A stretch of DNA of 64,000 nt from Saccostrea cucullata (Eukaryota): positions 186,001 through 250,000 of the forward strand of contig NW_026931211.1 in the NCBI RefSeq assembly GCF_032062105.1. The letters are read 5' to 3'. Shown here in pieces: positions 54,550 through 64,000 of this stretch. A program made the position numbers and the translations under genes. The notes beneath the pieces were generated by a model. That model made no database searches. It was not told where the DNA came from and saw only the letters and a program-made list of their open reading frames with translations. How positions within the stretch are numbered: the first letter of the stretch is position 1; each line of letters opens with the position of its first letter.

Positions 54550-56089
54550 TATTTCCCCGCTGAGTTCACAGAGATCACTGATTCAATAGGCCATAACAAC
54601 GTCCTGACACCAAACACAATATAAATATGTAAATCTAATACACATCAGAAGTATTTCTACCACGAATCTGAATCACACTTCAATCAAAATATCGAAACAA
54701 TGTATATTCCCTTGTATGAACTTTCTCAACTCCGGGATGAGATCCGTTCTTTTCCGATCCTCGAGATCTGTGTGTGAAATTTCTAAAGCGGGCGATTCCA
54801 TTCTTCCGTCAGGTAAGCGCGCAGTAGACCGTGACCATTGACACAGGTACGTAATTTAGGTAACTGATCCATACCTGAGGTAACGAAATACCTGACGTCC
54901 TACACATTCAGGACAAACAATTAACAATCAACTCCAGATAAAGGGTTTATCTATGTAATATCCCCAGCCCACTAATTTACTACCACATTCCACGAGGCAT
55001 TACAATTAATTAGTGTTTTTCAAGGACGTATAGGCAAACGTTTAGCTATTTATATTTAATGACAACATTTATACATTTAAATATCTCGAAGTGTTTTAAA
55101 TTTTTTTTCCAAAATGATTTTAAAGAATTTTAAAATTAAAAAAAACCTTCAAGGTAAATATTACGATCTCATCAAATTCCACTCATTTGTTTTAATAAAG
55201 ATCAAAAATGTAAATATTTGTTTAAAATTCAAAAAAAGTTTCAACGTGTTCTGTTTTCGGTGTAATTGGTCATTCTATAACAAGTCTAAATAGCCATGTT
55301 TGTCGGGCTGACCTGACCGAATTTTGGGTCTTTTAATCCTCTGAAAGCTTAAGGAAAGATATATATCGCCTGTCATCGGATCGGGTAAATCTAACAGATC
55401 AAATCGCAAATCATTGTCAATTTTCTCAGTATTCCATGGAACCACCTCGAGCGTGAAGTAATGAGGACATCCCGAAGTCAATAGAGAGATACAGAGTATT
55501 ACAGTACAGGCCTTGACAGGGTAATACAGTTAGTGGTACAGTCCCGAGAGATATCGATATTTCCTCCCAGGTCTTCTGTATATTTGTCACAGACTGCGCT
55601 TAATGATTGATTAAAAACTATTACTTTTGACTTTCTTGTCTATACTTGACTTTTATTGTAGAAAAGAATATCAATTATTTAGTTAAACCATCCCAGGCTC
55701 GACAAAAGACATCACAGGGTCTGCTACATCTGTTTCATGCATGGGTATTTCACTAGCTATAGAGTATAACAGCATGCAGGTAAAAAAATAAAAGGTATAA
55801 TAAACGAGATACATTTTGATTATATTTCTCAAATGATTATCCAGTATACACAAAACATGCCCTGAGTATAACTAAGACAAACAAATCAATCCATGTTCCG
55901 TACAAATAAGTTGATGCTACAAGATTTCAACAGCATATAGTTTAACGTTATCTTTTTCCAAATTTTGGTCCTTATAATTACCTTATTTACAAATAAACCT
56001 TTCACTGGGTAAGTTTTATCTGACATTGTTAAGTCATTGTAAATTTGACTAGAATTTACCTAGTCTATACCTGATAAATTACAGGGCCA

Positions 56090-56470
56090 GATAGTGGGTG
56101 TGTCCTGTCAACAGGGGAGGCTTACTCCTCCTAGGCACCTGATCCCACCTCTGGACGGGTCATGTTTTATGCTCTTTTCAGAGTTCCTATTCTAAACTAG
56201 ATTTATGAGATTGATAATTGTTCGTTACCTTTACGTTTTACAGCAATTTCCTTTTGGTTTAGCAACCATTCCTGTACAAGAAAGACAATACTGGTTCGAG
56301 AGTCCCCAACGGGATTTGACTCCGACCCACCCCACTTGTTGTGAAATGAAACATAAAGAGATAACGAACAGTATTCAAGATCAAAAGTCCATAAAACAAT
56401 ACAAAATAGGAGCAGAGAAAACACGGACCTCCGAAACATCAGAGGTGGGATCAGGTGCCATGAGGAGTAA
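56090..56470. repeat. Two oppositely oriented copies of the Penelope-associated terminal repeat
   Basis: caggggaggcttactcctcctaggcacctgatcccacctctg and its reverse-like form cagaggtgggatcaggtgccatgaggagta. Further copies near 14200, 16500, 37070, 40390 and 49955. Confidence 0.65.
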
Positions 56471-57211
56471 AAATATCAAAAACTCGAGGTTCTTTTCCGC
56501 AAAAAAAAAAACAAAACATTGAATTTCCTCTGTATTGAAAAAAAATTATTAATTTGACGTATTATACGTGCAAAGTTTTTTCTGCGTCTTTGTTTGGTGT
56601 GTTTTTGTGTTAACTTACATTTTTTTTGAAAGGACAGCATAATGAATAGACGTAAGAAGAAGAGCCTACACCACGTTTATACCTCATATAAAATATTTCT
56701 TAAAAAAATATTTATCGTGTACTAGTACATCTTTTATATGCACACTATTTTGGGAAGGCAGCTCATTGCCTTTAAGGACAATGCCACATTCCGCTTTTAT
56801 AAAAATAACAAGTTTTGTGGCTTAGGGATCGTAGCAAGAAGGAAAACAAATGAAATAAATTTTACATTGGAGATTGTAAACAGAGTGTGGTATTTAGACA
56901 GATTGTGTGGTTAGTTGTCCTGTTTATGTTACAGATAATTATAATTAAGTAGTGAATCATAACTGAAAAGATTCGTTAAGATTCCAGAGAACACAAATGT
57001 TGCTATATAAATACATGTTAAAACTGGAAAACAACATATTTAAGTCAATTTAACTTGCATGCACATTAAGACGAAACATTTTTGTTTGTTTTAGGATTCT
57101 TTGTGGACAGATCTTTGAAAATGAGACAGCTGAGAAGGAGGAAGGAGGGTATACGAATGATATTTGCACCTTTCCTTTATATCCTTTTGAATATAACGTT
57201 TAACCAACTGG

Positions 57212-57648
57212 TAACAAGATGCGTTTATGAAACACGGGTGCCTCCGCGTGGAAGTTTAAGGCGAGGGTTGAAAATTTTCAAATGCAAGTCGAAATCAAAG
57301 GATAGGGTTAAAATTGCTGGCATCCAAAGAAATATCTTATCACAAGGAATAACCCTGTGAAATAATGAAGCCATACATGTAGTACTAACTGTTCAAAATT
57401 AAGTTATGACCAATTAAGTTTAAAGTTGGATTGGGGGGGGGGGGTGTCAAACTCCAAGGTCAAATTTGTGGTACCCAAAGAAAGGTCCTATTACAAGTAA
57501 TACACCTGTAAAATAGGAAAGCCAAAGCCCACTCATTCAATTAAACGTTATGGACAAGGTTAAATTGTTTGCAGACAGACAACTAGACAGACAGACGGAC
57601 AGTGCAACACTATATATCCCCGAATCTTCGAATACGGGGGCATAAAAA
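57212..57648 (-). mobile_element. Helentron-like non-autonomous element, related to 33676-35317
   Basis: aacaagatg end, (caga)n tract, terminal hairpin ccccgaatcttcgaatacgggg, and body similar to the satellite unit. Confidence 0.6.
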
Positions 57649-59281
57649 ATTATACGTGTGTACACGTATACGGTAATAAATTAAATCCGAATTTATCAGA
57701 TGTGCAAGAATAAAGGGGGAGGAAATAATTAAACCCCTGTCAATCATCTGAAATTAAGCCTGGGATTGGATACTTTGATTTGATTGACATTTAGTTTGCT
57801 GTCGTTGTGTATATCCTGTGTACCTTGTCTGAAGATCGTACCGACCATCGAATTAACATTCAGGCTTTTGATGCCTACCGCATATGCCAACGTGATAAAG
57901 AAGCAGGCAAAGCGTTCTTGTTTAATTCATAAGAATATGGCATAAGTATAATTAATCCATCAAATAATTAAATAAATGATAAAAAAAATAATGCCTATAT
58001 TTTATAATTTCAATTTTGATAGGGGAATTTCATTTCATTCACAATGACAATCGCTCATTTTAATTTCTCAAAGCATGGGTTAACTCATAGTTATTCCTCC
58101 ATAATTAACAAAATAAACCGACTCGCGTTTGAAGCTAGTATCATGGAATTAAATAAAATTATTTTTTAAAACAAGGATGGCAACACTGTAACTGTTTACA
58201 TTGTTCAAGTGAAATTTATATTTATTTATACGACAAATTTGTACATGTCGCTAAGTCTTCGAGACATGGTGACGAAGTTACGTTATATTTAACCAGTTTT
58301 AGAATAGATTATAATAACATCTTGCTTTGCATTTAATTAATATTTAAAATTATGAATCCCGAAAGAAAAATGTATGATGCTGATGTTTCCATTCCCGTTT
58401 CACCCATAGGCCGTCAGGGAATCATCTCCGATCTGAACCCCTGGCCATTTTTACAGACCATGCGTTATGGTAAATCACGTAGGGTTTATCTTTAAAAAAA
58501 TATTGATTTAGACGATAATATTTCTGAACAATTTATTCTCAAAACATGGTTCTAAGTTTAATTGTTATTTATCGAGAGACTTAATTATGACCCACTTTCT
58601 CTTTTCGTTTTGCGTACACGACGTGTAATTTATGAATTACTTCCCTTTTTGTCGCCAGATTATTACGACAGATTTTTGTGCTACATGTACATGTATTTCC
58701 ATTATATAACATTTGATTATCAAACACGCAGTATATTGAAATTGTCGAATTATCTAAAATATTAATTTTAAAAGAAAGAATTTTAGAAGGATTCTGTCCC
58801 GCAAAAAAAAAAATGCTACACATGGAAAAAAACGGCTTCGTTTTACAATGTCGTTGGAAAACACATACTAAGTACAGGTAATACACTCAGGTAACATCCT
58901 GTGTATATAGGTAGTATACACAAGTCAGCGTCGTTCCCTCGGGGCTTCTCAGCCGCTTCGATTAAGCTCCACCCCACACCAAATTTACCTGAGGAAAACC
59001 GTACGGTTGAAAACCTCGGCCTTTAACATAATTAAAAGTCTTATTTATTATACTTGGAAATACCCACTGTTAATCACATGTAGTATTAAAACATTCTCAG
59101 GTAATTGAACCCCTTCCATAATGAATACGTATATATAACTGATAAAGATGTACCCGGCCTTGTTATCAGTAATCTACAATTGATCGTTGATCAGTTAATC
59201 ATCACTTCCGTTGCACATATATACGTCCATTGCCATGTTATCATATTAAGAGTGGAAGACATTTTACACAACTCTTAAATC

Positions 59282-61280
59282 ATGTTTCAAATGAATCTCA
59301 CGGCCTTTATGGCGATGGAACCTGTGGACAAGCTGTACCTCGGTTTGGGACTGCTGACGTCATTAACGTCATTGCTCGCGTGCCTGACGCTGTTCGTCGC
59401 CTTCTGCTGTATTCCCGCCATTAGGAACAGGGCACGATACATCGTTCTATGTATCGTGATATCGAACGCAGGCGCTAGTATCGGCACCTTGATGTCAGTG
59501 GCTGTCAAACTAGGTTATCCGGAAGTGTCGTGGAGATCACATCCGGTCTGCGAGTCAGCAGCCGCCATAAGAGTTTTGTTCCAGATCAGTGGCTACCTAT
59601 GGACCTCCACGCTGGCTCTCCATCTTTGTTTCGAGACATGGAAGAAAAAATTGTCAATCGCTCCGTCCATGACGTGGCCTGCACACTGCATCTGCTGGGG
59701 ATTTCCAAGTAAGCGAAACTGTGTCTTCGTAACGGACATTATTGAAGACTTTCCTAATTACACACACGTAAAATTCAAATAAAACTCTGACACCATTCTT
59801 TTGTAAAGTTTCCGAAATTATTTTTTCACCATCAGTTGGTCGAATAAGCAAACTTGGTCTTCTGTTCTTCTTTTATTAGCGGCCATCATGGCCACGCTGG
59901 TGGCGCTTGATGTATTGGGATCAGACATCGGAAGTAAGCCCGGGCACGTGCGGCCGCCCTGGTGTTTGGTGGACCGCCAGATCTCCGACTACAACACGTT
60001 CGCCATTTTGGCGGGAATGGGATGGCGCATGGCGGCCCTCATCTTCTGCTCCATAGTTTACGTTCTGCTACAGTTCAAGTCACTCAAATTGAAAACAGTA
60101 AGTACAAGGCAAAAATCTTATTATATTTGAAATTCTCTTTACACAAAAATGGAATGTTCGATCTTTCGTCGTCAGTGTGGTTCTGAATTGTAGTGGTGAA
60201 TGGATCCATCGGAAAATTCCTATAGAGACAAATTCCCATCAGGCTGTGGACTATCAAACAAAATTTTCGAAAAAAAAACTATTTCTTTTGGGGTTCTTTG
60301 TTGTGTTGTTAAAAAACAATGCGACAATGCCGCAGTAATTGTGTCTTATTGTAAATTTTTAATTTACCAGGATGGCAATAAATTCAAAATTTACAGGACA
60401 ACTGGATTGCCAACTAGTAAATTGTGCCCCATCTGTATTGTTATTCATGTTTAAATGGACAATTTCAGTGCAATTTATATTATTAGCCAAAACCACAGCA
60501 GCCGGAGAGGCGACAGGAGGGGGAAGAGCATCAGAAGCCCGCGGAAAATCCTAATCGACAACTGCGCCATCTATTGATGGTCTTTGTTCTGATGAATATC
60601 TGGGGAGGCTGGCACTACCTGATCTCACAGTATCGTAATGACGTGGACGTTATGGTGGGACTGGAGGTAAAATCCAAAACAAACGGTGACAAAATTGACC
60701 GGTATATAGTACCTATAATGTGCTGAAATATGAACGTGCAACATTACAATGAACTTTGTTATTTTGAGAAAATAAATTATGAAAAAGAATTAAGATTAAA
60801 TTTGATAAACTACATTTACTATGATGGCAAAAAATTCTCAGATCGTGCTGTGAGCTAGAAAATTGTGAACTCTACTCTTTGTATGGCCTTTTCATTTGTT
60901 TTGCTTGAAAATATTTTCTTTCAACAAGTTAACTGTTGTAAGACTATACTCAAATTATTTTTTCTGCATCCGTCGTAACATGGTACGATATGTGAGATAC
61001 TGAGATAGCATGTTTGAGAATACCGTTTTTATTGCAGGTTGTGTGTGACAACATACAGGGCTTTGTCAACACGGGATTCTTTTTTCTGTTTATAAGACAA
61101 GTGCGCAAGGCCATGAGGAAGCTTTGCTGTCAAAGCTTCTGTAAGTGCTGCTGTAAACGTCTCCGGGATGCTAATGTGTCACTTCCGGTAGAGATGGAAC
61201 AGCTGAGAGAAGAGAGTGGTGACCACGCCCTCTTACTCGAGGCCGAAGACGACCGCGTGCACTTTACCAAAGAACCCTGA
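59282..61280 (+). CDS. GPR157/cAMP-receptor-like 7TM GPCR, about 355 aa. Exons 59282-59708, 59880-60097, 60487-60666, 61038-61280
   Basis: Seven hydrophobic segments, TM3 C..AA....F..S.YLWT..LALHL, HCICWGFP, ECL2 WC, TM7 QGFVN, Cys-rich tail. Phases consistent (1068 nt). Confidence 0.85.
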
Positions 61281-62120
61281 CACATGAGAATCTCAGAACG
61301 TGACCAGAATAAAAAACCTAAGGGAGATAATTCCCACAACGTCAGCTAGAGATCCTACGGTCACTAACCATTGCAGACTGCGTGTGAAAGTAAACAATGT
61401 AGTAATATCAGAATATTTTATGAACCCCAGCTATAAATGAATCGCCATTAAAAATTCAGCATTCATAAAACGTTTTTATGTCATACTATAGAAATGTTAT
61501 AAAACAGAGAATATTTAGTGTGTGTTTTATGGATTTATTTTATGATTTTTGTCATGCAATAAAAAAATATTGTAAAAAATAAAAACATATATTTTCACCA
61601 TGTTAAATTACTTCTATAAATCATACCACAATTCTGCATTGACATGTATCAATATAAGAAATAAATTATGTATTCTATAATAAAGACATTCCCAGTTTAG
61701 ACTAGGAGTTGGAACAGGAAAGTCACAAACCTAAAATTTTGTGTGATGCATTAATTTCTCATATAAACACTGTAGAAATGATCAGAACTAGTTTCCCATT
61801 ATCTGCAGTAAGCTTGTCATGATATTTAACGGTAAGTTTGTAAAGGGCTATTTCAATGACAGACTACAATATATCTGAGATCAGAAATACATGTATTTGT
61901 CATGTTAATATATTTCACAATTTACACATGAACATAATGCATGCTGGTCTCTCATCTAATACTGTTTCTGCACCATGAGACTTGTCAAAAATTTGTACTT
62001 AGACCAACAGTCACCTTCATTCTGATAGAGACTTCACCAACAATCACCTAATGGTATATATTTATCACTTGTAGCAGACTTAACAGTCACCTAATTAATA
62101 ATGGTCTGTATCACTTGAGT

Positions 62121-63152
62121 TCAACAACAGTCACCTATAGTTGTCTGCATCATTTTCCGGGTCAGTTCCAGTTTGTGATAGAACCTGAGGACATCTGAAT
62201 TAGCATGGACACAGGATCGGTCGAAGTCCAGTATCCTCAATCCCTGCAGACTCTTGGCGCGGGACAGGGCTACGTACGTCTGTCCAGCCTCAAACACTTT
62301 AGACAGAGACATCTCCACACAATCCAGTGTCATCCCCTGAAACCAGAAATAGGAGACACATAGGTTTCAATGCTCACATGGCTTTGAAGACTGGGGTATA
62401 TGTTTAACACCCCCCCCCCCCCCATTTCAAAAGGCATGTTGGGTTCTCAAGTTTGGACAATGATCAATTTTAAATATCTTTTTTTCAATAAGGTATGTAA
62501 AGCAAATGCACATTTTTTAAACATGTATTTTGTATGAATATTGAGAATTCACCTGAGATTTGTGCAGAGATATTATAAAGTCATGTGAGATGTGTGTATA
62601 AATAATGTGAACTTGCTTGAGATTTTAGAATGAATATTGTGAACTCATCTGAGACTTGTGTTTGGATATTGTGAACTCACTTGAGATTTGTGTATTGATA
62701 TATAAAACATACCTGTGACTTGTGTATGGATATGGCCCATGCCAACTTGAGAGGAAGCTGTTTTCTGTTGATGTAAACTGTTCCAGACAACTTGAACGTC
62801 CATCTTACTGGCCATATCACTTCCTCTTCTCCAGAAACAAACTTCACCACAGGATAATCTGTTGTTGTAAAAATACACACTTGTATATTAACTCAATAAG
62901 GAGTCTTGCTTATGTTATAATTTTTATTTATAAATGAATAATGCATGCAATAGAAACATTAAAATTTTCTATATACTAGTACTTTGAATATAATATCAGA
63001 GATAAAGATTATTTGACAAAAGTAGCCCTGATAAGAGTGACATTATTTGGTTCGACCTACGTACCTTGGTTCTTTTTATCAAATCCAACAACGACCCCCC
63101 GAGCTCCATTCACCAGTCCCCTCTGAACCTCCAGATTTTTGGCCAACATCAC
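62121..63152 (-). CDS. PIF1: PIF1 5'-3' DNA helicase, last three exons (63152-63065, 62858-62713, 62336-62121); 5' exons not identified here and probably beyond the window
   Basis: [64 protein letters not shown]. Confidence 0.9.
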
Positions 63153-63379
63153 CTAAAATGTGATAATGTCAAATCTGAACCACAGATATAGTAGATTTTT
63201 TTTTTACTTACCTCTCATTGTACTCCTATACAATTATAGCGTTCATTTCCATGAAAAGTTTAAGCTACTGGGTTACAGAGACTTAGTCTAAAAATTTCCT
63301 GCATTCTTTATCAAGAAAATAATTAAACATTTACAAAACTACAACGGCATATTCGTGCCATTTTAACAATGTAGAATTT

Positions 63380-63610
63380 TTTTTTTAAATCGTTTGTACG
63401 ATTTAATAAATCGTTTGTACAATTTAACAAATCGTTTGTACAATTTAATAAATCGTTTGTACAATTTGTTTATTAAATCGTTTGTACAAATTATTAAATC
63501 GTTTATACGATTTTTTAAAATAGTTTGTACGATTTTTAAAAATCGTTTGAACAATTTAAGAAACCGTTAGTACGATTTTTAAAAATAGTTTGTACGATTT
63601 AGGAAAATGT
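63380..63610. repeat. Tandem ~19-22-bp repeat (taaatcgtttgtacaatt), probably an arm of a foldback MITE
   Basis: About 10 visible degenerate copies in a PIF1 intron. Confidence 0.7.
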
Positions 63611-64000
63611 TTGTATTTTTAAATAAGATGTGTATATTTTCCTTGTATTAGGAGTTATTTATATTTTTGATCTCACCTTTTATGGTTTATCTTTTAAACC
63701 ACAGCCTAATAGTAACTTGAAATGTTGCATTGTTAATGTGGAAAATATTTAGTATACGCTATGCAATTAATTTATTTTTGATACTTAAGATTTTGATGAA
63801 ATAATACTTGGTCTGAAACAAATAGTAATGGAGATCGGGGTGTTAATAATCTTTAATGCATTGAATCCTGAGTGTTATGTGTTTGTGTTTATTTGAACCA
63901 GACATTGCATCTCATAGATATTCAATATACATGTTGTTTTCTTGTCAAAATATCGACACAAAACAAATAGTTGAGACAAATATTGCGATATTATTTTATA

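Noticed and set aside
62121-63152. Helitron RepHel helicase
   Set aside because: Intron-split, with cellular PIF1-like motifs and C-terminus; no Rep domain or Helitron termini seen

Overview
AT-rich, intron-containing animal DNA. The repeat landscape and the intronless B-box/NHL gene suggest a bivalve, probably an oyster (inference). Host genes: membralin/TMEM259 (+, 701-5630, one exon scrambled in this assembly); an intronless B-box/coiled-coil/NHL TRIM-like gene (+, 7735-9228); a Hillarin/KY-like LIM plus transglutaminase-like gene (-, 43749-54549); a GPR157/cAMP-receptor-like 7TM gene (+, 59282-61280); and the 3' end of PIF1 (-, 62121-63152). A tandem duplication (copy A about 13.4-28.1 kb, copy B about 32.5-43.7 kb) carries an unrecognised 4-exon gene. 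It encodes three homologous ~132-aa beta-sandwich (CBM/galactose-binding-like) domains, one per exon, joined by phase-1 introns, with no signal peptide. Copy B is intact (406 aa); copy A has a stop and a frameshift. Copy A also holds a recently inserted 8.46-kb Gypsy LTR retrotransposon (19507-27962, CATG TSD, empty site visible in copy B). It carries a PHD finger after integrase and, in the env position, an extra ORF ending in a TatD-like nuclease fold with altered metal ligands. The rest is RTE LINE and Penelope-type RT fragments, tRNA-SINEs, Helentron-like non-autonomous elements with satellite arrays, MITEs, foldback and long-hairpin elements. All calls come from manual reading; no database searches were run.
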